Assembly (NCBI RefSeq): GCF_006345805.1
Contig: NC_042999.1
Span: forward strand, 128,712,001-128,776,000
Direction of reading: 5' to 3'
DNA: 64,000 nucleotides
Source: Octopus sinensis
Lineage: Eukaryota
The notes beneath the pieces were generated by a model, which was given only the letters and a program-made list of their open reading frames with translations, searched no databases and was not told the DNA's origin. Positions 27,601 through 40,051 of this stretch are shown here, in pieces. Each line of letters begins with the position of its first letter. Position 1 is the first letter of the stretch. The translations under genes and the position numbers were made by a program.

Positions 27601-30600
27601 AACCTTCTTCACTGTTGCTGAGAGCGAATTAAGATTGTAGAACACTTGCAGTGAAGTTGCCACTTGACTTTGATTCTATAACAAATTTATGAAAAAAAAA
27701 ATATTCATTTCAAGTGGTTGTTACTCAAATCAAACAATCCTACTATACGTAAATAGAGGTGAAATGAATCAAATAGTTAATGTACTGCACAACCCATTTA
27801 TAGGTCGTTGTTTTAATATTCACTTTTCCATGAAATTCGTTGAGATAAATTTTCTACAGCTGTCACCAACACTCATTTGTTTCCAAGCAAGGTAATATTT
27901 CTCCACACAACTTAGCAACACAACTACTACTACTAGCCACTACACCTAATTCTTCCTTTCCAGCACACCTGAAATCATCTCCCCGCTCATATCTTTCCTG
28001 AATGTAATTATCTGCAACATATTAAACAGAACATTAACATCAACCTCACCTACTTGCACAGGTAATTGTCACTGATTCAACAAATAAAAGAAAAAAATAT
28101 GCATTTAGTCTTTAATCTACCAGCCTAACTACATAGCTATGTACTAAGCTACTTATAATTTTAGCAACCCTCATTTGGTTGCTGGTCAAAATCGCTAAGG
28201 AATTTAGTATTGAATGGATATTTGTTAAAGCACCAACAAACTACTCATATTAAAGGTCATTTAGTTCTTTGGTTAAATGTCATCATCATCATCATGATTT
28301 AACTGTTTTCCATGCTAGCATGGATTGGACAGTTTAACAAGAAATGGCAAGGCCAGGGCCCATACTGGGTTTCATAGTCTGTTTCAGTTTAGTTTCTATG
28401 GCTGGATGCTTCTCCTAACACCAACCACTCTACAGAGTGTACTGGGTGCTTTTCATGTGACACTTTCACCAGTGCCTTTTACGTGGCACCAGTACTAGTA
28501 CTTTTTACATGGCACCAACACCAGTTTAGTTTCTATGGCTGGATGCTTCTCCTAACACCAACCACTCTACAGAGTGTACTGGGTGCTTTTTATGTGACAC
28601 TTTCACCAGTGCCTTTTACGTGGCACCAATACTAGTACTTTTTACATGGCATCAACATCAGTGCTTTTTATGTGGCACCAGCACCAGTGCATTTTATGTG
28701 ACACATTGATTTTAGGACCTAACAACAAAAGTGGCACATTATACAAACATACAGCTGTTATTATTATCAGATGGATAAAGGAAATGCCTCACCTGTGTTT
28801 CCATTCCTTGCTCCAACATTTTCTGAGCTTGTGCCTCTACATCTTTGCGAGCTTGTTTAATGAATCGGCGATCTGCTTCAATCACCTCAATTCCACTTAA
28901 ATCCATTCCTTCACATACATAATCTGCATTAATTAAAAACAATATGTGAATCTCTGCTTCCATATTTACATGCTACTTCGTATTAGGAAACCTACAAAGG
29001 AAGACAACATTCTCTAGGAAATTGAAAATGGATATGTGAACACAAGTTTACAATCAACTACAAAGATTTTATTCAAATTACGACTGTTTTTTTAAAAAAT
29101 GTCTAATTATTACTTTTTAAAATCATCATCACTTAACCCTTTAGTGTTCACATCATTCTGCCAAAATTAATCCCTTTTTATCCAAATTGTTTTGAATTAA
29201 TCATGCATTATCTTGTAGTTATAAGATTTTGATGAGGTAGCTGTTAATTTTTAAGATGATATTGTAGGGTTGGTGTGAGAGACCAGATCTGGCCAGTTTG
29301 ACCATAAAACAAGCAGAATACTTTTGGCCAGATATGGCCGGTTTAATTGCTAAAGGGTTAATGTCCATGTTTTAGGTTGGAATGGGTAGATATACATTCA
29401 TCTTTTACTTGTTTCATTCATTGAACTAAAGTCATGCTGGAGCACTGCCTTGAAGGATTTAGTCAAACAAATCGAGCCCAACACTTATTTTTTTAAAGTT
29501 TGGTTCTTCTATCAGTTTCGTCTGCTAAACCACTAAGTTACAGGGATATAAACAAACCAGTACCAATTGTCAAGTGGTGAATGGTGGACATACACAAGCA
29601 CACACACATATATAAAGTGGGCTTCCACGCTGTTTCCATCAACGAAATTCACTCATAAAGCATTGGTCAGATCAGGACTATAGCAGAAGACATTTTCCAA
29701 ACATGCAGTGCAGTGGAACTGAACCAAAAACCACATGGTTGTAAAGCGAGCATCATCACATAGCTATAACTGCACCTATCCAAGTGGAAATCTTTAACAA
29801 ATGTCGTGCAAAATAAGACCGGAGACGATTAAATCTGTTTGCATTACAAATGGTTTGGGATACTCAGTATATTTTATTACAAACTTCTTGAATCGTAAGT
29901 CTAAGTTTCCGTGTTCGATTATTCAAACATTTGAACAATCATAGACGTGAAACAGTTACAAATTTACGATATTGGAGCTAGCTTCTATTAGAATGTGCGC
30001 GCGCATATTTTATACGCAAGAAAAAAGGAAAATTGCTCCCTTACCGAGTTCATTGAGACTCTGAGCAGCTTTAGTTATCTCCCTTGCACCACCCTCAAGC
30101 TGACTGCGTAGTCGTTTACTTAGATAAAGTATGCGGATAATCCGTCGCAAAAGATCACAAGCTTCCTGAAGAGATATATAAAAAAAAATCACTTATCGTG
30201 TCATCATTACACAATTTATATTATTCTTTATGTGATAAAGAAAAAAAAATTTCCAAGAGATTCGTCTGCAACTGTAGCTAGTATGGTGTATGATGTAAGG
30301 GATGTAACTATTTTTATAGCTAAATAGCACTTTATGATGTTACTCCACCATTTAATAAATTTTTACTACCCATGCATGATTATTAATACACATACATTCT
30401 TCACTATCATTTATCGAGTACATTAAAATATTAAACCTATATGTTTTATTTTTAACTCTGAACAATGACAATATTACGTATTTTAATTTTCAGAACCGCC
30501 TATATCTATGAGAATTATTATTCATTGATTTTTTAGCAGTTATCATAGAAGAGCAGTAGAACCTACAGTTGCTAAAGAAATAGATTTAGACTGAATAGCC

Positions 30601-33600
30601 AAAGACGATACTTTAGACGATACTGTGGAGCAGAAGAGTTGTGCACACCAGCAGAAAATAACCCACTGTCCAACCTCTTTGTACTATCAACAAGCAGCAG
30701 TTATAGTTAGACATGAGCAATGATGGTGAACCTTTGAGTTGCCACAGACAAAAAAAAACGTTCTCTAAGTCTTTGCTGTGGCAAGTTGTTCAAATTTGGT
30801 ACTTTAAATATATTATGTCTTAAGCTTTTGCTTTGAGCACTAAGGAAACAGAGACACACTGTGTGTGTCCCTTAAAACTCATGAGAAATGCATTATTACA
30901 GTTTTATTTATCATTCCTCAAATGTGGTGCTTTATGCAAGCATTTGTATACAAACGTTTTTATAATTATTGTAAGAGCAGCCAGATTGTAAAAATGTAGA
31001 AAAACAGACTAGTTAGGTTACAGTGCCAAGTTCAATAAAGTATGATTCTTGGCTTTCATTTGACTAGGGCCTAACTATTACAAGATAATCACAAGATTCT
31101 AACAGGATAGCAACTGACCTGCATCAATATTTATGCAATAGAAAAAATGTGGCATATTTTTTATACAATGATGAGGAATATTTAATAATTTTCCTATGAA
31201 TAATTCTACTTAAAATATTAAAATGTTCTTTCTAATCAATATACCATATATTTTTTTTAGTTGCAAATAACTTAGCCTACTGAAAATTTTGATCACTATT
31301 AAACTACTATTTTTACTGACCACTATATATAAGATGTGACCAAAAACGAAGAAATCAACTTTCAAAATGATAATAAAGTCTTCAAATAAAATTTTAAAAA
31401 TTCAATTCCCTGACCTGTAATCTTCTTAGCTGTGCAGTTCTCATTACAATTTTGTTGAATGGGTCACTTACTTTGCACCGAATTCTATGTAAAGAAATTA
31501 AAAATAGAAAGACACAAAAGCATTTTAGAAAGAATTGTCACTAAAATTTTCAGAATGTATCTGTCCTCATTACTGCATAAGTAGTGTTAACATAACTTAG
31601 CAGTGTCAACCAATCTCAATAAAAAAAACCATTTTTGTTTATCTTTCCCTTTAGTATTCAGATTACTCTATCAAATGTAATACTTATTTACTCATTGTTT
31701 TGACTTAATCGTATATTATCCCAAAACTTTGAGATTTCAATGATGTGATTGTTTATTTTTAGACTGACATTGTAGAGTAAGTGTGAGAAGCTGGATCTGG
31801 GCAGTTTTAACATAAAACAGGTAGAGTAATTGAGCCAGTTATGGCTGGTTTAAACACTGAAAGGTTAAATCACTAACACAAAGATGAAATACTGGATGAG
31901 CTACAAATTATTATATGTACCTTAGTGTTGTATAATCTTAGACTTATGACATTTGGTTAGCTAAACAACTTAGCACAATCCACACTCTATTGTTCCAAAT
32001 ATACTTCATCTAGCTGAGGAGCATACTACACATGTCACTTTGCAGCACCCAACAGGGTAAAATATAGTGCTTTGGACTAGTCTTGAGGAAAAGTATTTCA
32101 ACATGTGTATGTTATAAGATTGGAAAATTATAAATCAAAGGACTGCCTTCAGATAGTTTACCCTAATGTATACTAAGTTAAATTTACTTTCTTGTTTACA
32201 ACAGATCATTAGAAATGCCCAGAATATTAAAATCCCAAAGTCAACAGATGTTATAACTAAAGATTTCTAAAATAATTGTTGTGCATCTGAAAATAAGATA
32301 CAGCAATGCTTTTGCAGCAAACAGTTGTAAATTTGTCAGGTATAAGTTGATATGTTTATTAGATGTAAGAGAATTGCAAAACTTTTTAAAACTTTGCTGT
32401 GGTAAATAGCAGTCTGTATTGGCAAAAATTAATTCAAAACATTAACTGAATAAGTTTTAATTAGCAAAAAAGAAGAAACAAATTCTAATATTTTGGGAGT
32501 TTTTTGTAATCTTTCTTATAAACATCAGTTAAATGAGTTTTTAAAATACTGGCCTCTCATTAGCATTATATTTAGGGAAAAATTTACTTCATATATTTCC
32601 TACTATAGAAGCCAAGCCAATGTCACTGTTACTTTAACCTACAAACTACTACTTAGGAGGTTTTGCTGCATTAAAAATATTCTTAATACCACAAGACATG
32701 GGTCCAAACCTTGCTGCAAGGCAATGTGATATGTCTCTAGATGATGCACATTACTTCACTTGTATCAGTCTACTTCAATAGTTAGTAACTGGAGGAAAAT
32801 CCAACTGTAAAATAATTTCCTCTAAGAATTTGCAAAATCAAATTCACATTAAAAAATAAAATCCACCATGGTAAGACATATTAAGAAAAAGATTTCAAAA
32901 TAGACAAGACAGATATGTTATTGTGATTTTTTTATATTAAGTGTTGGGTTTGTAGTCTGCAAACCTTTTTGTTTGTTTTTTTCTGATTTTCTCACTGTTA
33001 AAGGTTTTATGGCCAAGTAGGAAACAAATTTATAAAAAATTTTTTTTTTAAACTAACCGTTCCATTGCAGAGAGCAAGGACTGAATTCTTGATTGCATCA
33101 TTTGAAGGACACCTGATAAAGAAGAAAAAAATTAACAAAATTTTTAGAAATCAAAAATTTTACTATAATTGTTTTCACTTGAATTAATTGAAAAATAAAT
33201 TATAGATAATCAAAATAAAGTGATATAAAGATATTTACAAGTTTTAGCAATGTATTTATTTAACAATTATTTAGGGAACTGTTTTTTAAAATATTGTAAT
33301 CAATTACCTTCAAGGGTTTCCACACCAGTAGCCTGGGAAAGTAAATCTTCATGATGATCTACAATCTAGAAGTAATGTAAAAAAAATTATTTATACGTAA
33401 TAAAATAAAAATGAACTTTTTCTATGAGTGTACAGATATAGAAAAAGTTCATATATTTGGTACTATGAACCCCTAGATATCCATGTGAAGCCTTACAACC
33501 AAAACATAATCATTTGGACCCAGCTGACACTCAATTATGTTCTCTGACTTATAAAACTACAATTACTTTGGAGTAAGATAAACTCTTTGAAAATAAGTGA

Positions 33601-36342
33601 CCGGTTACAGGACAGTTATTGCTCAATGGCTGAAACTCAAACAAATTTTGAGACTGCTAATGTTCTTTGAGTGAGACTCAAGTGAATGAGGCTGCTACAT
33701 GTATGTTTGTAAACTTATTGCTCAGTATATTGGCTCAAAGGCATTCAGAAGCTCAGGATTTAAAGACTTGATATATATTCTTATACCTGGTTCTATAGTG
33801 TGTTACATGATTTCATTTTTTTTCATTAACAATATTTATTTTATTGACCCAGCTCAGATGAAACCAAAGTCTTTTCAATCATTCTAAGTATACCACTGTA
33901 CAGCTTCAAGCCAACTCATAGCCTAGGACTTTTAACACATATCAATGCATGATGTGGTGACTGATGAAGCAGATTGGCCAACAAGAGTTGTGTTTAGTGC
34001 CACGTAAAAAGCAATTGTGCTGGTGCCCTGTAGACCTGTTAAAAGTACCCAACACACATACTGTAAAGTGGTTGGCATTAGGAAAGGCATCCAATCATTG
34101 AAATCAAGCCAAATCAGACTAGAACCTGATGTAGCTCCCCAGCTTGCCAGCTCTGGTCAAAACCGTCCAACCCAAGCTAGCATGGAAAATGGGTATTAAA
34201 TGATGATGATGTATACAGAGTAAATATAAAATCGACAAGAAAGTCAACAAATTGAACAAGAAAACTTCATAACCAGCAGTTGTTAATGACAGAAAGAGTT
34301 TCTTCCAATTATGTAGAAATCATTAAAGATCTAGAAATAGCTTTAAAGCAACAACAGGCTCCACATTATGCTATTAGTATTAATTTTATCGATTCTAGTA
34401 AGGGCGTAGTGACTCCCTTGAGGAATTTAAATTCAGAAACTGGTGGATGAAATAAAACATTTTAACACCTCCAGTATGGTATTTTATTGATCCGTGCTGA
34501 GTCCCAGAGAAGAACTTGAATCCAGAAACTAGAGCCAACATGTACCAGCATGTGTTATCACCAAAGATAACTTTTTAATGTCACAAAATTTATTTCAAAA
34601 TTATAGTTATTTCAATATATGTAAACATATTTAACTTTATCATAAAATAATTTTATTATAAGTTAAAGAAAAGCAGAAATGCATCATTTTTCAATGGTAA
34701 AAGTTCCAGAAATCTGTTTCTTAAAATTTATTAAAAAGAGTAAATGCTTTAAATGTCTGTTTTTATATTTACCAACTGCAAAGAGTTTTGTAACCAAGTA
34801 TCTAAATTTTGGTTTAAAATTTTGGCACAAGACCAGCAAGTTCAGAGGAGGGGTTAAGTTGATTACATCAACCCCTAGTGTTCAACTGGTACTCATTTTA
34901 TTGACCCTGAAAGGATGAAAGACAAATGCAACCTCAGCAGAATTTTAACTCAGAACGCAAAGATGGACAAAATACTGCCATGCATTTTGTCTGACATGCT
35001 AACAATTCTGCTAGCTTGCCACCCTCAAGTACCTAAATATTGGTATCTAAGTACAAATTAATGCAATATTGTGACAACTAATAAGAGATTTTCAAACCTG
35101 ATTATGGATCTCCTTGTCCAATATGGCCATGCCATCTGTAAGTTTTGCAAGTTGTTCTCCTATAGCAATTCCTTGGATAGTTTTATTAGCATGAGCTTTG
35201 ACATCAAACTTATCATCCAGGAATGGGTTGAAGGTTTCTAAAGAAAAGAAATATAAAATTAATCAAAAACTTTTCACCGAGTCATTGAAATGATGACAAA
35301 TGGAGTTGGAATTAAGCAGTAATGTTCAGTAATAGTTATACAATACAAACTTTAACTTCAATTTAAAAAAGTAAATTTTATCCCCTTAAATGTTGTATAG
35401 ATCAATATTGATACGAAATTAGCTAAAAAGATTAATAAATAGATTGCCGAACAGTGAGAAATAAACAGTGTTTATGAGTAATCTACATAATTCAGTAGGT
35501 CACCAGCTTCGATTAAACACAAGTGATATTTCTGACAGAAAGTTACCAAAAGAGAGTCTATCGAACGCATAAATGAGTAGTAGTAGTTTCTAATACAGGT
35601 ACAGCGCCAGAAATTTGTGGGGAGGGAGTTAGTGGATACCATCGATCTCAATACTAGATGGTACGTTATTTCATCAACATCAAAATGATGGAAGACAAAA
35701 CTGAGTTCGGTGACATTTGAAATCAGACCAAAAACAGCCAGAAGAAAAATTGCAAGGTATTTTTTCGACGCACTTGTATGTGTATGTGTGTGTGTGAAAT
35801 AGCTGCTTAGTGCTTCAAAGTAATGCTACTTTTCTGAAAATACGAAAAAAAAAACACGAGTACCTATTTTGTGCGGGTAAAAGTTACAATACCTTAAAAC
35901 ATTTACTGGGTTTCCTCCATACAATTAATTCTAATGTTTTTAAGCCATACATTACAATGAGTGTCATGTTCCAAACACCTACCTACTTCAATTCATTTTC
36001 ACTCGATGATGACAAATTACATATTTCTCATAAGTTTCTACCCCATACCCCTTTAAGGATCAACATATTTCATTATATATATATACATCAACACTTCATC
36101 ATCCCAGAGTTTAATACCTGCAGGTGTGTCCGTCGTCAAGAGATCAAACATAACAACAATTAGTTTACCGCCGTCAATAAAACAATGAAGTATCCTATGT
36201 ATTTATTTATCATACAGTTACGATAGTAAAGCAAATTTAGGTTGTATAAACATAGTTTAGACTGCAAAATAGTTAAATAAACAAGGTAACTTCGTAAATA
36301 TTTACCATCTGAATTGAGTTGATGTAACACGTCATCCTCCAT
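9534..36342 (-). CDS. COG5: Conserved oligomeric Golgi complex subunit 5, complete gene, 22 coding exons, 2433 nt, 810 aa
   Basis: Exons join in frame from ATG 36342 to TGA 9534 with GT-AG introns; hallmark COG5 segments [74 protein letters not shown]. Confidence 0.97.
10326..10531 (-). mobile_element. tRNA-derived SINE (family with CCTTTCATC...GGTCGATAAA...AGTACCAGT core)
   Basis: Near full-length match to copies at 18645..18850(+), 34820..35023(-), 55188..55362(+), 62459..62665(+); A-box TGGCAGAA and B-box GAGTTCAAATTC. Confidence 0.75.
11284..11363 (-). CDS. COG5: COG5 exon 21
   Basis: [26 protein letters not shown]; AG/GT boundaries. Confidence 0.94.
13396..13522 (-). CDS. COG5: COG5 exon 20
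   Basis: [42 protein letters not shown]. Confidence 0.95.
14105..14290 (-). CDS. COG5: COG5 exon 19
   Basis: [41 protein letters not shown]...RLLRAFR. Confidence 0.95.
15327..15455 (-). CDS. COG5: COG5 exon 18
   Basis: [42 protein letters not shown]. Confidence 0.94.
16108..16211 (-). CDS. COG5: COG5 exon 17
   Basis: [35 protein letters not shown]. Confidence 0.95.
17200..17640 (-). mobile_element. Degenerate non-LTR retrotransposon remnant in COG5 intron 16
   Basis: Strong strand purine skew and decayed coding-like composition similar to the 20280..21240 block; no intact motif. Confidence 0.3.
17820..17882 (-). CDS. COG5: COG5 exon 16
   Basis: [21 protein letters not shown]; phase 0-0, cag/gtttgt boundaries. 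Confidence 0.88.
18955..19065 (-). CDS. COG5: COG5 exon 15
   Basis: [37 protein letters not shown]. Confidence 0.94.
19587..19686 (-). CDS. COG5: COG5 exon 14
   Basis: [33 protein letters not shown]. Confidence 0.95.
20280..21240 (-). mobile_element. Degenerate LINE remnant in COG5 intron 13
   Basis: Shares a ~50-nt segment (CAGCCAAATAGC..TGGATGCAGTCAAGGTT..CTTGTATG) with 19446..19490, so it is a dispersed repeat; decayed ORF-like composition. Confidence 0.35.
21346..21507 (-). CDS. COG5: COG5 exon 13
   Basis: [32 protein letters not shown]...IVKTIA. Confidence 0.95.
23024..23222 (-). CDS. COG5: COG5 exon 12
   Basis: [29 protein letters not shown]...TKTGY. Confidence 0.95.
23502..23589 (-). 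CDS. COG5: COG5 exon 11
   Basis: [29 protein letters not shown]. Confidence 0.92.
24660..24737 (-). CDS. COG5: COG5 exon 10
   Basis: [26 protein letters not shown]. Confidence 0.95.
24775..24992. repeat. Compound trinucleotide low-complexity tract (GAT/AAT/AAC/CAT)n
   Basis: Visible directly; source of spurious poly-N/poly-H ORFs. Confidence 0.85.
25506..25721. mobile_element. piggyBac-like MITE
   Basis: TTAA|CCCTTTAGCA...TGCTAAAGGG|TTAA: TIRs with TTAA target duplication. Confidence 0.85.
26337..26449 (-). CDS. COG5: COG5 exon 9
   Basis: [37 protein letters not shown]. Confidence 0.95.
27510..27675 (-). CDS. COG5: COG5 exon 8
   Basis: [18 protein letters not shown]...LPSQGQ; donor gtcagt. 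Confidence 0.92.
28385..28661. repeat. Tandem duplication, 137-bp unit x2, built partly from ~20-bp GTGGCACCA..CAGTG..TTTTA subrepeats
   Basis: CAGTTTAGTTTCTATGGCTGGATG recurs at 28385 and 28522 with near identity over the unit. Confidence 0.9.
28793..28923 (-). CDS. COG5: COG5 exon 7
   Basis: [43 protein letters not shown]. Confidence 0.95.
29137..29357. mobile_element. piggyBac-like MITE, same family as 25506, opposite orientation
   Basis: TTAA|CCCTTTAG...CTAAAGGG|TTAA; interior is the reverse complement of the 25506 copy. Confidence 0.85.
29400..29777 (-). mobile_element. tRNA-derived SINE (same family as 57115..57509)
   Basis: Colinear with the 57.1-57.5 kb copy: TCTTTTACTTGTTTCA..CATGCTGGAGCAC..GAAGACA..GGAACTGAACC. 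Confidence 0.7.
30045..30165 (-). CDS. COG5: COG5 exon 6
   Basis: [40 protein letters not shown]. Confidence 0.96.
31415..31484 (-). CDS. COG5: COG5 exon 5
   Basis: [23 protein letters not shown]. Confidence 0.94.
31647..31864. mobile_element. piggyBac-like MITE, degraded third copy
   Basis: CCCTTTAGTATTCAGA...CTGAAAGG|TTAA; colinear with the 29137 copy. Confidence 0.7.
33058..33112 (-). CDS. COG5: COG5 exon 4
   Basis: [18 protein letters not shown]. Confidence 0.94.
33308..33365 (-). CDS. COG5: COG5 exon 3
   Basis: [19 protein letters not shown]. Confidence 0.94.
35098..35237 (-). CDS. COG5: COG5 exon 2
   Basis: [46 protein letters not shown]. Confidence 0.94.
36306..36342 (-). CDS. COG5: COG5 exon 1 (start)
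   Basis: aacATGG context, [12 protein letters not shown], donor gtaaat, phase 1 fits exon 2. Confidence 0.85.
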
Positions 36343-36898
36343 GTTAGATAAAATTATACTTAACTACAGACACCAGCCGGCAATGACTAAAGAAAGAAAA
36401 AATAAATGAAAATAAATCTTAAACTACAGATAATTATTAGTAGAAAAATTCAAGTCACTTTATCTTCTTTTCAGTGTAATATTGTCCGAAGTTTAGAGTA
36501 TTTCAAGCACTTTTTCACTTAAAAGACCACAATTGAAACTGAACCAAAAGATACTTGTGGTGAAGATAGAGTTAAATTATTTGACATGACACCTATTGTT
36601 CACTTTCTCCTTTACAAGTGTCTATTTAAACATATTCAAGCAGTGTACATAAGCCATTGATCTTGGTATCACTAATTCATAGCTATCAAAATGATCAGTG
36701 CGATCAATTATACTGGATATGGTTTAATAGATAATACGTGCAAGGTAAACCTCCGTAATGTCAAAGGAAGGAAAAAGGTGTCTCTACATTAAAAAATCTA
36801 TACAAATGTAAATAATTATTGTGCAGATTACAAATACCACTAGCTGCAAATATTTCTGCATACATATACATACGCATAATATACATGTTTCTGATCAG

Positions 36899-37316
36899 GG
36901 ATCTTTTCGGTTTGAACGGCAGTTTTTTCTAGCGGTGTCATATGAAATTGTCACCCATAATTATGACCCTAGTATCGATCTGTTGCATTTCTATCTGTTT
37001 TAGGGTTAGGGTTAGGGGTGGGGGAAGGGTATCTTTTTGTCTTCAGAAATATAAATAAACCCAATCTGTTTCTTAAAGGAGGGACATATTCATTATGCAC
37101 AGAATGTTATTTACCTAAATGGAGGTCAGCGATTGGTTAAAATTGCCGAAATGCTCGAAATTAAAGACGAAATATGTTACAACATATAGAATTTTCTCAA
37201 TAAAGCCAAGAAAAAAATGATGTTTTATAAACACTTTCTACCAGTATACGAAGTTTAGAAGTGTTTAGTTATGTGGAAATTATTTTTAAAAACTGCTGTT
37301 CAAACCGAAAAGATCC
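36899..37316. mobile_element. MITE with ~29-bp TIRs and internal telomere-like repeats
   Basis: CTGATCAG|GGATCTTTTCGGTTTGAACGGCAGTTTTT ... AAAAACTGCTGTTCAAACCGAAAAGATCC|CTGATCAG; TTAGGG x3 at about 37000-37018. Confidence 0.85.
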
Positions 37317-38101
37317 CTGATCAGTTCTGACCGAGCAGACCTATGACCAAAGCTGTTCCAGCTATATTGATCCTGTGTTTGTTTGTTTTATCTTCCTTTC
37401 GTTTTTTATTGGATAACTATGTTATCCAATTTCTTGGACATAATTTTAGTGAGATTTGACAGCTATTTATAGTAGTCGAGCAACCGCTTAGAGGAACCTT
37501 CATTGGTTTGCATTATACATCTTGGGTGCAATAACTGATTCAGGCTTAGTGAAGTTCTAACCTGTAGCATGTTTATAAGGTCTGCATGCGTGTTTCCCCT
37601 GCCTGGTAGTGTGGTTATGCCACTCCAGTGTGGAGTAACATGCTCTTGGAATGTCTGCAAACTGTTACCATTCAACAGAGTTTGGCAACATTGCAGAATT
37701 ATATTCCAATTTTAATAATGATGATGATGATGATGAAATAAATGATTGCTGATTAAATGGGTCTCCAAATATATATATGTGATTGACATAACCCAATGTC
37801 GAAAGTGTGCACCAGGAAGATGGTACTAATTTATCTTTACTTTCAACAGTGCTGATAGATACATGTCATATCGAGGTTGCATTTGGTCAATTCAACAAAA
37901 TACTTCATGTGGAAAAATATGTAACGATAAGTATTTGTAACGATAAAATTTTTAGTCGTAGTCGATGGTCACCAGTTTTAAGGGTTAGGTTTTTATTTTG
38001 GTGTAGTTACCAATTATAAAGGGTAAGATTGATTAGTAAACAATATTATGAAATGTCGGAGTCAGCAGTTGTAACGATAAAAATTTGTTATAATTGCATA
38101 C

Positions 38102-38761
38102 TGTAGGATGTGAAAGATGAACAATGCACGAAGTTATGAGAAAGTATTTATTTACTGTTATGTTACAATACCTTGCCTCGACGAGCAGGTTATGATAAAT
38201 CCAAAAGCATGAGAATTAAAGTTTGTGTTTGTGTCCCCTTCATTGTTTAGTAGTAATTACAGAGAGAGATAGAATGACGTTGTAAGAGAACAGAATTAGA
38301 GCAAGTGAGAGTTGTAGGGTGTGGATCGTTGTCTCACAGTTGCTGACAGTAAATTTCATTTCTCCCTCTGACCAAGGTTCTAGCTGGTCAGCTAGACTTC
38401 GTTGTCACCAGAGTGACTAACTGATTGAGTCGTCACCATGTGACCAGACTCGTTGAGTCATTACTGACTGATTTTTGCTTGGGGTATTCTTGCTTTTAGA
38501 ACTATCCAGAAGGATAGATATATAATTGAGAACAATAGATTTAGTTGGTGGTTTTGTTATTTCTATTCTAGCTTTTGGTGAAGTAGAAGAGGTTAGAAAG
38601 GGTCAAAACATTATTTCAGCCTAGCTAAAGGCATCTAGAAAATGTAAAACTGCTGTCAGAGAAAAACCATTGTTCCACTGTGGGAAAAGTTCTGTTGCAG
38701 TGTTAATTTAAATTTGGCTATGGTGGATCAAATCCACTTCATGCTTGCAAGATCTACTACA
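38102..38761 (-). mobile_element. Candidate solo LTR
   Basis: TGTAG...CTACA termini, 660 bp, minus-strand AATAAA about 50 nt from the 3' end; no clear TSD. Confidence 0.4.
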
Positions 38762-38901
38762 TGTATGTATGTATGTATGTATGTATGTATGTATGTATGT
38801 ATGTATGTATGTATGTATGTATGTATGTATGTATGTATGTATGTATGTATGCATGTATATGTCTGTATGTGTGCATGCATGTATGTATGTATGTATGTAT
38901 G

Positions 38902-38933
<32 letters not shown>

Positions 38934-38962
38934 TGTATGCATGCATGCATGTATGTATGTAT
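38761..38962. repeat. (TATG)n microsatellite
   Basis: Visible directly. Confidence 0.95.
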
Positions 38963-40041
38963 TTACTCAGTCATTCTCCCTACCTATTTGAAATCATTAG
39001 TATTGCATCATCAGTTTATACTGTTGCATCATCTTTGAGAGTAAAAATTGGTCAGTATTGTTGTTGAGAGAGAGAGAGAGAAAGTTTGAAACATGGTCAA
39101 GTGACAGGTACTATATTTTCAAGAAATTTTTCCTCAACTTTGACTCAATTGTAATTGAGGTTGCTAATAAATATTTGGATAATTGTTGGTGTTTAACAGT
39201 CAATATTCTTATCTCTGGTAGAGTTAATTTTTACCCCACACTAATTTCTAATTTGATCATTTTCAATTTTCAAAAAAAAAATGTCTCACTTGGGGCAAAA
39301 TGAGTAATGACTAGTTTCAATAATTTCTCCTTAACTGCATGAAGAGAGTCACTCCAGCTGATTGCGAAGAAGCTATAGAGAATATTTTATGTCGAGTTTT
39401 TAGATTTAGCAAAGTTTCGGTTATTTCATATCATGTGCCATTTTTCCATGACCTAGATATTTTTTTTTCTTTGCGTTTCTAATCTCTCTGTTGTCTGAGG
39501 ATAGATATTGATGTGTATGAGTCTTTTTTCGGATATATTTCTGGAAAATTGAAGAGGCAAATTTACCTTATCCCGTCTTACTCACTTTGCCCCATTTAAA
39601 TTTGTCTTTTATATGCTCAAAGAAAACGAAGATAATTTTCTGAAATAGTCTTCTGAATACGTTATAGTGTTTTTAATGCTTTTAAAGGTCATTTGCTTAA
39701 CTGATAGTTTTTATATGATAGTGAACTTCTGTAATTCTTTTTTTTTTTCTCAATCAAAAATGCTGTAAATATTACATATTGTGCCCCAAACCCTACATAT
39801 ATGATTTTTATATCTGGATCAGATATCTGCGGATATTAGCAAGAGAAAGGATTTCAAACTGTCTCAGATCGGACAGAGCTAAGCTTATTACCTAGACCGA
39901 TGTCGAACTTGATCAAGTAGTCCACATTTTACGTTCTTCTTGTCTTCCTTTTCTTTACATGATAAAATTTCGTTTGATCTTCAAGAGAATTATATATTTC
40001 AACATTTTTGCTTTCTTTTAATTCTACTTTTTATAGGCAGG

Positions 40042-40049
40042 AAAAAAAA
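40042..40049 (-). terminator. Pol III oligo(T) terminator of the tRNA-Arg gene
   Basis: T8 on the minus strand 2 nt after the tRNA 3' end. Confidence 0.85.
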
Positions 40050-40051
40050 TT

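Noticed and set aside
28385-28705. Regularly spaced short repeats suggestive of a CRISPR array (also 57825..57915)
   Set aside because: No unique spacers, no cas genes, eukaryotic context; these are simple tandem duplications
38708-39067. ORFs with MYVC/HTYI repeats
   Set aside because: Translations of the (TATG)n microsatellite
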